Shown: positions 29,676 to 43,800 of the stretch, in pieces
Numbering within the stretch: position 1 is the stretch's first letter
Layout of the letters: the number at the start of each line of letters is the position of its first letter
Assembly: GCA_964035545.1 (NCBI GenBank)
Contig: OZ037771.1
Location: 631,628-695,627, forward strand
From: Bugula neritina
Lineage: Eukaryota > Animalia > Bryozoa
Direction: 5' to 3'
Length of the DNA: 64,000 nt
Notes under the pieces: model-generated
What the model saw: only the letters and a program-made list of their open reading frames with translations
Database searches by the model: none
Told to the model about the DNA's origin: nothing
Position numbers and translations under genes: made by a program

Positions 29676-29881
29676 TAATAGTAATAGTAATACTAATACT
29701 AATAGTAATAGTAATAGCATGTGTAAAACTTAATTGATTTTAATTTCAGATCATTCAACTTTCTCACAAACCTAAAATTTCTCTGTCTTCACTAAGAAAT
29801 CTCACTACGCAACTCAACCTACACTCACCCTGGTTTCCGAAAAAGCCTTGCATTGCCAAACCAGATTGTTCAGCAAGTTTT

Positions 29882-32629
29882 ATGTCTGCTGCACATTTGG
29901 AAGGAAGATCTCGCACTGTCTGTGCATTGGGCAAGCAACCTGCTCTTAGCAAGTGTAGCACTGCTCAGGGGCAGAGTATGAGTTTAATAGAGGAGGGGAA
30001 GAGAGCTGCTGCTCATGCTGCTGTTGACAGCGTTGTCAAGGTTGGAAACTTGAGTATAACAGAGTAGAACACAGTGAAATATGTCACAGAGTTAACGTAA
30101 GATCATTAGTGTAGTACACAGCAGGAATTACATGTAGAATTATTGTTGTGAGGTGGTGTGTTGTAGGATAACCAGAGAATTGGCGTCGGATCTGGCTCAA
30201 CCATTGTTTATGCTGTTCAGCGGATTTGTGAGTCACCATTTCACTGTTAGTATGATTGTTTTCTAGTTGATGCTGTGATCCTACAACACACTGCATTGTA
30301 GTATTTCATGTGTTGTTATAGCTGAGCGAGTCAAGGAAGAAAATCTGAAGTTAGTCTGTGTTCCAACTTCTTTCCAAGCAACTCAGCTAATTCAACAACA
30401 CAACCTGGTTTTAAGTGATCTCAACACTACTCCGCAGGTAAATAGTCTGGGTATTCTATACTCCGCAGGTAAATAGTCTGAGTAGTACTTATCCTTGTAG
30501 TTGGACATTGCTATAGATTAGTACAAATATTTTATTACACTTGAAGTTAGGCATTGCTATAGATTATTACATATTTTCTATCATCCTTGTAGTTAGACAT
30601 TGCTATAGACGGGGCTGATGAAGTTGATTCTAACCTAGATGCTATTAAAGGTGGAGGTGGCTGTCAGACACAAGAAAAGGCTGTTGCTGCCGCTGCTGAT
30701 AGTCTCTATCTAATAGCAGACTTTAGGTACATAATCTAGTTTCCTGTACCACATATCCCAACACTGTACTACTGAGTCTTAGGTTATGTTGTATTCATTC
30801 AGCTCAACACAAGATGTGATATTTGAATTTATATGAATTTTGCAGTCGATCTTTTTATATTATCGATTTTATTATAGTCAAGGTGTTGGTATAAATAATA
30901 TAGTTAATTTAGAACTTATTACTCTAGAATTTTAATGCTGGTATAATTGCTAGGAAAGACTCCAAGAAACTGGGAGAGAAATGGAAGAGAGGCGTGCCCA
31001 TAGAGGTGCTGCCGTTCACATATAGGACGGTGCAGAGCAAGATTGAGACGCTGCTGGGTGGGTCAGCTCAGCTCAGAATGGCAAAGCATAAAGCAGTAGG
31101 TGGAATATTGTTAGCTGCGGCTTTTCCTGTTGCTATGCTATAGTATAGTACCTGCTAGCATACTATAGTATAGTATGCTAGCATACTATAGTATAGTACC
31201 TGCTAGTATGCTATAGTATAGTACGTGCTAGCATGCCATAGTATAGTACCTGCTAGCATACTATAGTATAGTACGTGCTAGCATGCTATAGTATAGTACC
31301 TGCTAGCATACTATAGTATAGTACCTGCTAGCATGCTATAGTATAGTACGTGCTAGCATGCTATAGTATAGTACCTGCTAGCATGCCATAGTATAGTACG
31401 TGCTAGCATACTATAGTATAGTATGCTAGCATACTATAGTATAGTACCTGCTAGTATGCTATAGTATAGTACGTGCTAGCATGCCATAGTATAGTACCTG
31501 CTAGCATACTATAGTATAGTACGTGCTAGCATGCTATAGTATAGTACCTGCTAGCATACTATAGTATAGTACCTGCTAGCATGCTATAGTATAGTACGTG
31601 CTAGCATGCTATAGTATAGTACCTGCTAGCATGCTATAGTATAGTACCTGCTAGCATGCTATAGTATAGTACCTGTTATTATACTATATTATAGTAACAG
31701 GTGCTATATTTGACTACTTATATACATGTCGCTTGTATTTTAGTATAACCGTTATATAATTTGTTAAGCTACCGCACTGCTAAAATACACGCTCTGTTAA
31801 TGTATATCTATATAGTGTGCGAGAGTATCACTGTGTAGTGTGCTAGAGTATCACTGTGTAGTGTGCTAGAGTATCACTGTGTAGTGTGCTAGAGTATAAC
31901 TATATAGTGTGCTAGAGTATCACTGTGTAGTGTGCTAGAGTATAACTATATAGTGTGCTAGAGTATCACTGTATAGTGTGCTAGAGTATCACTGTATAGT
32001 GTGCTAGAGTATCACTGTGTAGTGTGCTAGAGTATCACTGTGTAGTGTGCTAGAGTATCACTGTGTAGTGTGCTAGAGTATACCTATGTAGTGTGCTAGA
32101 GTATCACTATGTAGTGTGCTAGAGTATACCTATATAGTGTGCTAGAGTATCACTGTGTAGTGTGCTAGAGTATCACTATGTAGTGTGCTAGAGTATCACT
32201 GTGTAGTGTGCTAGAGTATCACTGTGTAGTGTGCTAGAGTATGGGTTACAGCTGTGTCGTACTACTTAATACAGGGCCCTGTTATCACTGACAATGGCAA
32301 CTTCATACTTGACTGGATATTTGATGTGGACGCTGACGATTGGAATGCTGTCAATACTCAGCTCAAGTTGATCCCTGGTAAGTAAATGTCTCCACTACCT
32401 TTGCTCTGATACACACTGTCTAGATCACCTGATACACACTGTCTAGATCACCTGGTACTCTGTCTAGATCACCTGGTACACTGTCTAGATCACCTGGTAC
32501 ACTGTCTAGATCACCTGATACAATTATTATTTAGGTGTGGTAGAGACGGGGCTATTCTGTGGTATGGCCCGTACAGTCTACTTTGGACTTGAAGACGGAT
32601 CTGTAAAGGTGGTGGAGAGAGATGACTAG
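29882..32629 (+). CDS. RPIA: Ribose-5-phosphate isomerase A
   Basis: Exons 29882-30040, 30167-30227, 30322-30437, 30593-30726, 30954-31095, 32275-32377 and 32535-32629. Motifs [46 protein letters not shown]. The true start may lie upstream (27345). Confidence 0.96.
31135..31675. repeat. 25-bp minisatellite with palindromic cores (ATAGTATAGTACCTGCTAGCATGCT)
   Basis: Tandem array in an RPIA intron. Confidence 0.95.
31812..32241. repeat. About 23-bp minisatellite (TAGTGTGCTAGAGTATCACTGTG)
   Basis: Tandem array in an RPIA intron. Confidence 0.95.
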
Positions 32630-33193
32630 ATACATTCCGCAATGTGGTTCCTAGGCAACAGATTCCCTTGTTCAATGAACAGACAACTCTGTATATCAAC
32701 TAAGACGGGCAGCTAATTATTCTATGGTAGGTATATCAGTTGGGTAATGCACTGTGTTGGTATAATATAGTCATAGTATTTGTTGCATTTACTATTACAT
32801 CAACTTACACTGTTTACAATATTGTCTCAATGGTGCATATTAATGTTATATATTTTTAGACTTGTTTTTGCTATTCTTCTAGAAACATGCAATAAAACGT
32901 GGCATATATTCTCAGTTCACAGATGCCTTGGTTTCACAGTAGTGCATTGTTCATTCCACGTAGTAATTCTAGTGTTATAGCTCCATAATAAATTTTAATA
33001 AATCTGGTACAAAATTTACAGTAAAATATACAAGTTTTGGAATCTATTGATATGTCCGATTTACATACCTTTGGCAACTGTAATTGTAAAAAGTTAAAAA
33101 ATATAATACTTGATATAATTGTAGAAGTGCAGGCAACTGTGAGTTTAAAGTACAACTACTAATGAGCTTTGTCTGTATCAGCATGAACTAGTA

Positions 33194-33359
33194 TCACATG
33201 AATATATTACTTAGATTTGTGTCATCTAGCGTAGAATCTGTGTTGGTTGAATGCAGTGTGCCACCACCTCCCCCTAAAATGTAGAATATATGTAATGTAC
33301 CAAAGACTATGTACATGATATATAATGTACCACAGACTATATATATTATATAATATACC

Positions 33360-33417
<58 letters not shown>

Positions 33418-33533
33418 TATATATATATATATACATATATATATATGTTATATAACATACCAGAGACTATATATATATATATGTTATATAATATACCAGA
33501 GACTATATATATATATATATTATATAATATACC

Positions 33534-33622
<89 letters not shown>

Positions 33623-36600
33623 ACATACCAGAGACTATATATATATTATATAACATACCAGAGACTATATATATATATATGTTATATAACATACCAGAGA
33701 CTATATTTAACTGGTCCATCAACTGATTCAACTCTTGATGCTGCAGGTCAAGAGTTGCTTTGAGTGTTTTGTACTTGGCTAATAGCTGTGAGTGTAGCTT
33801 CTGTTGTACCGGGTTGAGTTGGGGCGGTGGAGATGGCCTCCCCGTTCTTATTAACTGATTAGCAGCCACCTTTGACTTCTACAAACACAGAGTAATGGTT
33901 ACAGGAGCAGATAACTTCTAACATGAGTGTACAGAGTTGATGCAATGTACAAGATCTCTCTTTCCCTCACAGCTACCCACTGCTCCAGATAATAGTCTGG
34001 TAGAGAAGTCTACCATAGAGTAGCTAATAGACTGAGTGCTAGAGATTTACTCACCTGTCTGCCATAATTCTTTTCTCTGAGGCTATTATTACTCTGTACT
34101 AAATTATCAAAAAATAAATCTGTTGTTGATCCAGAGAATGGAATGTCAGTAGAAGGAGCTGCAATACAGGATATGACATCAGCATAGTGTACCGCATACA
34201 GGATATGACATCAGCATAGTGTACCGTATACAGGATATATCAGCATCGTGTACTGTATACAGGATATGACATCAGCATAGTGTACCATATACAAGATATA
34301 TCAGCATCGTGTACCATATACAGGATATGACATGTGGCTGTAGAGCTCTATGTAATATAATATAATATAACAAGCAAACCTGTGCTGATAGATGAGAAGT
34401 TTGTACGTCTTTGTTTCATTGCGGGAGGCTCATGCAACTGCTCTGGGTACCGCCCCTCCTGTTTATATAATTCTATAGATTGCTTGCTACAATTTAAATA
34501 CACAAACATTTACTTGATTTCTGCCAATAACCAAGCCAGCTGTTACAACAATCATAAAATGGTGAAGACAAATCCAAGTAATAAACAAATGCCAAGACAC
34601 TGAATATACACTGTGCAAGGTATATATATTGCAAATTAACCGATTTTACCTGTAGGCTATATATACACTGTATATATACACTCAATGAGTTCTACACTAA
34701 CCTTGGCACTGTATATATACACCCAATGAGTTCTACACTAACCTTGGCACTGTATATATACACTCAATGAGCTCTGGTTTGCCATTCCAATGGTTGTAAC
34801 ACAAATATAGGTCAGCCTGAAGCCACACCCACCCCTGACCTTTGGTATACATTCGGTGTAAAGGGGTCTTGCAGCAACCACTGCGTAATACTAAAACAAA
34901 GGAGAAAGATTGCCACATCTGAGTTGAGAACACATATAGTTGTCTTTCCTTTGATCTACATTATGTTTCTAGTCAGCTTGACTATTGAGTGTGAGTCAGT
35001 AAGATTATTACACATTATTTCTAGATTCAATGACAAGATAACTCCAAACTGCGAGATAGTTAATAGGAAAGATTCACAGTCTAGCATACAGAGGGGAATT
35101 AAAACGAATCAGTGTAGTTGGACCCCAAGGGTTCACCAGGGACCCCAAGGGTTCACTAGGGACCCCAAGGGTTCACCAGGGACCCCAAGGGTTCACCAGG
35201 GACCCCAGGGGTTCACCAGGGTTAGCTGTTCAAATAAAAAGTGAAGCTGCACTAAGAGTTTTTATATTTTTAAAACTGACAGCTCTATCATCAGATGAAC
35301 TGCAAAAAAATGTGACAGATAGTGTGTGACAGATAGATTGTGACAGATGGAGAGTGACAGTGTGACAGATAGATTATGACAGATGGGGAGTGATAGATTG
35401 TGTGTGAGAGACAGAGAAACTGTTTTGAAATACAAAGAACAAAACTCTTAATACATCTTCACTTATTTCAAATATTCTTCCCAACCACCAAATAGAGAGA
35501 GTACGTATTGATTAGATGCGATACTGACACTTTCTGTGAGCTGAGGCTATATTCTCAAGGTCGTCTGGGTGGTAGTAGTCATAGCCACTGGTACCAAGAA
35601 TCTCAAACGGCTGGTGACCCAACACGGGCGCAGATCTACAAACAATAGAACTTTATCCACACCTCAAATGGACAACTGATGAGCGTAGTGTGGTGCTGGT
35701 TAATAAATTTAATGTTCTGTGCAGATGAAAAGCAACTGTTACAAAATCTTGGGAGCTCATAGCTATTGCAGTGAGGCTAGCCTTTCTGTTGACATATTAG
35801 ATACTCCCATGGGCTATTTCATAACATATTATACTATTTGTACATGCAAGTGGATTATATAATCTGTCATTAGGTTATTTAACAGATGGAACTAAAGTAA
35901 TTAGCATAACATTACATGAAATGTTGAGAAGATACAATCTATTACAAGTCACAAGTTATGTTATTAGATATTACAGTATAGTGTGATACTTTACTCAACT
36001 CACTTATTATCTATATGCAGGATTTTCCACTCCAGACTATATTTAGCTTTAAAGGAGTATCCGGGAGGGGCTAGACATTCGTCTGTCAGGGAGGGGTACT
36101 TCAACTGAAATGTGACAATACAACATTCAAGTATACCTGCTGACTTTATACCTGCTGCCTATATACACTCACCTGTATTATATAGTTATATACTCACCTG
36201 TATTATGAAGTTGTAGAGGGAAGATGATGACTCATCGTCAACGCTGTCGGGAACACACAGAATATCTACTGCCTGAAACTTGCTGCCCGTTTCACTGATT
36301 GGGTCATTAGATATGAGAGCCTCAACTAAACAGAGAAATGAGACATACAGACAGACAGACATACAGACAGACATATTGGGAGAAAACACTGAACACTGAT
36401 TAACTTATCATAACTTCACCAGCCAGTAGCTTGTCCGAGTCAGTCTTGGAGGCAGAGAGTAGTTTAGATACTGTGGACTGATCCGTCAAATAATTGCCTA
36501 GTTTAGTTTTCTTCTCCGTGTCCTGTGAGTATAGCAAGCAGTACGTACAGTGTAAGTACACTGCACTTACACTATACTGTATCTACACTCTACTCACACT

Positions 36601-39600
36601 GCATGTACACTATACTTACACTGTATACACACTCTAAATATACACTCTATACATGTAAGTGAAACAGTTATACGATTACATGGTATATATACGATACACA
36701 TAGTATATTATACAATTACATGGTATATATAAGATACACATAGTATATTATACGATTACATGTGTACTACATGAACTATAGATAGTACATTACTCACCAC
36801 TATAAACCCCAGTTTCCTCTCAATATTGTCCGACACACTTTCTATTACACCAGATGGGTTAGTAGTGACTGTAGAGCAGTCCATTGCCTGTCAACCATAA
36901 TACTATATTATACATAGTACACAGTATACACTACACGGTATACACTACACAGTATACACTACACAGTACACACTACCCAGTATACACTACACAGTACACA
37001 CTACCCAGTATACACTACACACTACACAGTATACACTACACAGTATACACTACACAGCATAAACTACACAGTATACACTACACAGTACACACTACACAGT
37101 ACACACTACACAGTATACACTACACAGTATACACTACACAGTACACACTACACAGTACACACTACACAGTATACACTACACAGTATACACTACACAGTAT
37201 ACACTACACAGTATACACTACACAGTACACACTACACAGTACACACTACACAGTATACACTACACAGTATACACTACACAGTATACACTACAGAGTACAC
37301 ACTACACAGTATACACTACACAGTATACACTACACAGTATAAACTACACAGTATACACTACAGAGTACACACTACACAGTATACACTGTACAGTATACAC
37401 TACACAGTATACACTACACAGTATACACTACACAGTATACACTACAGAGTACACACTACACAGTACACACTACACAGTATACACTACACAGTATACACTA
37501 CACAGTATACACTACACAGTATACACTACACAGTATACACTACAGAGTACACACTACACAGTATACACTACACAGTATACACTACACAGTATACACTATA
37601 CAGTATACACTACAGAGTATACACTATACAGTATACACTACAGAGTATACATTACACAGTATACACTACACAGTATACACTACAGAGTACACACTACACA
37701 GTATACACTACACAGTATACACTACACAGTACACACTACACAGTATACAATATACAGTATACACTACACAGTACACACTACAGAGTACACACTGATCTCT
37801 AACCAAATATTGAAACACACTGACCTCTAAGAGAAGATAAGTAAACTCGTCTGCAGAGAGAAATGAAGGCTTCCAGCTGTATGATATGTTTTCTTTGAGA
37901 GCAGATTCTGTCTCTGTAATGTAAGAGACTATCAACTAATATACTCTGTGTTATACATAACTATACATGTATACATCATATACTATACTTCTCATCATAT
38001 ACTATACATGTATACTCTGTACATATACTATACAGGTGTGTAGCTATACACGTATACTCTGTACACAGAAGTAACAAGTTTCAAAAATCCATAAACATAG
38101 AAAGTAAGATCGAAAGTGTTGAGCTGCTAGAAGTAGAGCCCATCTGAGTCTGTACACTTGACGGAACTAGACCCCATCCAGCAGACGAGAGAGGAGATTC
38201 GCCAGCAACTCTCTCCCGGATATTGCAGCTTATTGAATGCCATCGTGTCAAAGGAGATGTCAAATTCCACACAGACTAATCACAAACAACACGGCTCTCC
38301 CTTCATGGTGAATGAAACAATTTCATAATTTGCTGATAGAGAATTAATGCAACATAATTATAGGATATACAAACTAAGTCATCCTTGTATTATAGTTATA
38401 CAAATATAAAACCATAGCCATTGCTGAGTAGAAGAAGCTGTGTGTATAGCAATTCTAGAACATGAGAAGAAAACTGCTTATATCAACTATTTACTACCGA
38501 GTAAATATGGAGTGAGGCTTCAATATGCAGAATTGCGTATAAAATGTTGGCAGTTTGTTGAGTCATTTGCTAAATAATATCTAAATTTCATCGCCAGTAT
38601 ATCTGCTGTATTTCAAGACTTACTTTTATACACCTAATGAAAGTACAATAGGGTAAAAATCTTTTCCTCCGCTATTCAGTTCAGTTTGACATACAAAGTT
38701 TGCACCTCTATTTTATTATTGGGAGATGACTTTAAAACTAGTAAAAACTAACCCTTTGAAAATTCAAAATATTAAACTCGAAGTCTTTATTAGGGTTGAA
38801 ATAAAAATAAAATATGATTTCCCTGGTGCAAATTACCATACTTCCCACAGTGGTTGCTAGACTTTACTTTTATAATTTTCAAGGAAAGATACGAAACTAC
38901 GCCATGAAACATGTAACATTTTATTTATCTTCAAAGATCTCAGGGTATAACATGTTCACATCTGACTAGTAAAGACTAGATTGTACTTGGAGACAGACAG
39001 AAGAGTTCTACTATTATTAGAAAACAGGCGAGTCGTGCAGTTCATAGCTAGGAATTCGTGAGAGCTTCATGAATTGTCACGCTTCTGTAATTCACAGTTT
39101 GGTATTTTTTTCACTTGCAGTCGTGCAACAATAGAAGGTAATATGGAAATGCAGTGTAATGACAAGCAGTGATTTATTGTTTTCACTATACTGGAACTTG
39201 CCAATTGGATATTTACACGCGCGCACGAGCTGCAGTGGAAAGATGTATTGATTCGCGAAGAACATTCACCAGTGGCGTATTGCTCAACGTGTATAATTTG
39301 AGTTAACTTTTATTCACACTGACCTTTCTAGATCTACAAAGTTGACTTCATAAGTAAATTTGCATATTAATTATCAATTTTAGAAATGATACTTTTTTCC
39401 AATGCTGCGCGGATGATGCAGGTGCTGAGGTTTCATTAAACCCATTTGCATAGAGTCGAAGAGATCTGTTTTCACTCTGTATAATTATAGCATTGCAGCT
39501 TTTCTATTCACAGTTAGACCATAAAATACTGAAGTTGCGACATAAATACAGCTTACTAAATTTAACCGATGACGTCTTCGGGGAAGGATTGACGACAGTG

Positions 39601-40877
39601 AGCCGTGAATGCAGGTGTCAAGTCCACGTGCTAACCGCTAACGAGATTGAGGTGATTTCACCTTCACCACTCTCTTCGCGTGCTGCTCGGCAAAACAAAC
39701 AACGCTCAATCAGACTTGGTACCACCATCAACAATATTCTGTGTTACTACTTACTACGCAGTAAATACACACAAGGCGAATGGTGTTTACCCCAAAGTAG
39801 TAGAATATTTCTCGCATCTCTGCACTACATCACCCGGTATAGACAATTTATTTTATGCTATGGGAGTGAAAAGACTGGCCCTAAAGTGGAAGATGCATTT
39901 GTAAATATAACATTTCGTATAAAGTACTCCCTCTCTCAGTGATCAGCTTCTACTCTAGCACATAGTATATACATTAGTTTATGATTTAGAGAGTGACTAT
40001 ATCATACAGAATATACATTATATATATCAGTGTAAGACTGTATAATACATACCACTTACAGTACTTACCTCTGTGATTGCGAAGGAATCTGTTACTTACC
40101 TCTGTGATTGTGGAGGAACAGATACTTACCTCTGTGATTGTGAAGGAAGCGTATAGCTTGCTCTAACACAGTAGTTTTGTCAGCTTTCTTGCTACTCTCT
40201 GATGGATTATATACAATGGCGGAGAGTTGAGTGATGAGCTGATTGAATAAGTCTCTTCTCTTCTTCTCATTCTGATTCCTAAACTGTCTACAAGTACATC
40301 TCAACGTCATACAATACAGCATAACATAGTATAATATAGTATAACATAGTATAACATAGTATGATATACAATACAACAATGCCATTGCGTATAATACAGT
40401 GTAATATAACATAATTTAATACGATATAGTATAACACAATATAGTGTAATATAATGCATAACACAACATAATATAAATTTATACCATTATGTTTAATACA
40501 GTGAAAGATACTGAACAGAAAGAAAGTGCAGAAGTGAAGAGACAGCTGTGTATATTACATAGAGTGTGTTGTATCTGAGTAATCAACACAGTGAATAGTA
40601 TCTGCATACTTGGAGACAGAAATAGCTTGGACTTATACAACTTGTAAACACACATCTATGAGGTATGTACACTGGAATGTAATGCTGGGTAGAGCCACAC
40701 TCCACTCTAACAGTAAGTATCTTATACACACTTACTGTTTATTAATAACATGTATGAAGTAAGTATACTGCATACTAGTAACTTACAGTAGAGTACTTAC
40801 CTTTTGACAACCTCGTCTCTAACCCCCTCAGTAGATGAACCAACCTCAGACTCGGCACCTCTGCAAATACCATCACA
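33194..40877 (-). CDS. CLOCK: Circadian bHLH-PAS transcription factor CLOCK (start exon not resolved)
   Basis: b[22 protein letters not shown]...DKTTVL (40287-40129). [17 protein letters not shown] (about 37825-37900). [32 protein letters not shown] and [11 protein letters not shown]...YNHWNGKPE. Exon-19-like coiled coil (33693-33877). Last exon 33273-33194. Confidence 0.92.
33300..33705. repeat. (AT)n interspersed with repeated copies of the CLOCK exon donor (ATAGTCTCTG|GTAT)
   Basis: ACCAGAGACTATAT recurs about 7 times. Confidence 0.9.
36915..37795. repeat. 14-bp minisatellite (ACACTACACAGTAT)
   Basis: Fills a CLOCK intron. Confidence 0.96.
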
Positions 40878-43800
40878 CTGCTTTGTATCCACCAATCAGC
40901 ACACTGCTTAGTCAGTATCCACCAATCAGCACACTGCTTAGTCAGTATCCACCAATCAGCACACTGCTCAGTATCACCAATCAACACGCTACGTGCAGCG
41001 ATGGTTTTAAAAAGTTGGAATTAACAGATTGGAACTATTTTTATATTGATAGATTATTGATAGATTATTAGTTGTTGTTTGCCGATAAAATTATTGAGAT
41101 ATGAGTCACACATAGGATATGATGGAGATGGAGAGTAGGAACTGTAGGCTATATTATCCTTAGGGAGGGGTACTGGATACACACATACATGTATAGGAAC
41201 TGTAGGCTATATACTGTCCTTAGGGAGGGGTACTGGATATACACATACATCAAATATCTGGTGAAACAAGAAACTTAATTAATTAAAGATGTCATCTTGC
41301 CTAGGTCAGTGCTACCTGTGCTGTTAGATATATTATATAGTATATTACATAATTTAACATATATACAGTATAATATATTGTTGTCTATTGGTACAGGTAT
41401 CAGGTGCAAAGCTCACCACAAGGTGACTGTACTGTCCAATAATGACTAGTGAAATGTCATGATATTTCCCAAATTCGAAGAAAATGGTTAGCTGAAAGAC
41501 TTGCTCTTTACAGAACAAGTGAGCGATCTGATGGTTAGACTAAAATTGCCAACCACCAGCTTGATCCATCTCTCCCAAGGCAGTGTCGCCTCATGTTATG
41601 CTACAGTCACACACCTGCACACACCTGCACACACCTGCACACACCTGTACACTAGCATAATTTGAAACAGAAACTTGAAAAGCTAAAACCTAGAAACCTG
41701 GGAATATCGAAAGCATCTGACAACTACTAAAATGCAGTTTGATCAAGGAACTGTCAACAACAATGATTAACATTTATTCACCACAAAGACAGTAATAACT
41801 CATTTTCCCAAGTAAATTATTAGTCAGGTAAAGGAAGCCAGCTGCAGTTGTATTTGTACTCATGTTTACATAGCAGAAACAAAATCCCAAAATGTCCTGC
41901 AGTTTTCACAAGAGTGAACTCCATAAAATATGTAATAATTTCAACTTTAGAGGTTGCCTTCTGCAACTCACCGAACTGACGGAGCTGGGGTGGGGGGTAG
42001 CTTTCTCTTCCCATAGTTCATACCTAAACATAAGAGTGGAACACAGTCAACTAGTCATGTGACTCAAACTGAGAAACATAAATTAATTATAATATATTTT
42101 AGGGTTTGAAAAAAATATATATATCTAAGGCTTGAAAATAACTTTGAATAGATAAACTCTTGCGATGAGCTGAAAGTGGGTGAAAAGCAATGGTAAAGGT
42201 TTTGGCAGCAAATTTGGCAGGTATTCAAATCTTAGTGCAAATACAGAGCTGAATGAGATATTTTCTTTCAAGATTAGCTGTTTTTATATAATCTACCAGC
42301 ATTTCCCCAACTACATACTGTATATTTATATCAGTAGACAACTCTGACCAACACACTCTAATATAATGCTGGGAACAAGTATTTGCACCGGATAGGTAAA
42401 CATGACACACCATACCAGATGGTATTTAAATGTACATTTATTTTAAGCTGGACAATCAGTCATAAATAACTGGATCTATCTGGAGGCGAATAAACACACT
42501 AATGCTGGTCAAACTCATCTACTTTCAGCCATTTTGATAGTTGGAATCAATAAACAGAAAAATGTCAACTTGATAATATCCACTTACACTTTTCACATAC
42601 ATACTGAATTATTTATTGAATTAAATTGAGATTAACACAACTGATATTATACAGCACCATTTTATGATGAGGAAACAATATTTTATTAACAATGGAATAT
42701 ATAATAAAAATGCTTTATATTGCATTGTTCCTGATTAAGCATAAAGTCCTGGTGACATAGAAAGTATTTTTATAAATAATTACAAGCTATGTGAGAAAAC
42801 ATTATGTAATAAACTTTGCAGCATTGCTATGAGTACAGAGTATCAGTGCAGATGTATTACACTAAACAAGAGCATTCTGAGAAGTCGTGAAAATTAGCAA
42901 TTTTACTTAAAACAGATGAGCCGGTTTGGTTTCTTTTTATTATATGAAATGATAGGAAAACTTTACATACAAGTTTACTATAGTGTCTAGTAGTAATAGC
43001 CATGTCACCACATCGTAACCACAATATTGGACTTTAAAAACTAATTAATGTTTACCAACTACATATATAATATCACAACAAGATAAATTAACTAATAAAA
43101 CCATTCACCTAAAACCAAATCAGAAAGCTGCTTTTATAATCATTAGGATTACTAAGAGCTCAATTTAAATTACTAGCCAATCTCCACCATGTATTTTCAG
43201 CAGTAGTTAGTTCACAGTTGAAAGCAGTGTCATTCATTTAAAATAGCTAACTTTCTTAAAATGAATCATATTCCTTTTTTTAATTTATGCTTTTATAAAC
43301 AAAACTTATTGAACAGTTTGCTTTCTTCAGCTTGACCAATAAGAAATTAATGGTGGTCAGATTACAACAAATAAATTTTTTTCCATTTGGGTATCACAAC
43401 TAAAGCTGATAATTTAAACCTTGAAAAAATTGATTTGCCTAAAGCGAAAGCCAGTGAGTGCAATTAGAGCAGTCACTGTGAGTTTTAATATGAGTATTCT
43501 GACAAAATCTCAAACTTTAAAATATAATCTATGTAAACCTCTTGTTCTACTTTGACATTTAATTTATAACATTGTGAGTCTGCTGAAATACATTTATGAA
43601 AACACAAATAAAACAGATCAAACAGTAAATTGAAACTAATAAACATAACATATTAAACAATTAACACAAATTGATAGTTACCACATAGTGAGATCTGTTT
43701 AGAAATAAATTTATTCACTATAAACATTAAATGGTCATATCCATATTAATGCTATTACTTTCCAAATATCGAACATATACTGACAATATTATTGTAATAA

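Noticed and set aside
41945-42025. CLOCK start exon (MNYGKRKLPPTP or MGRESYPPP)
   Set aside because: Splice signals are plausible, but the phase did not join cleanly to the 40877 exon; left unresolved.
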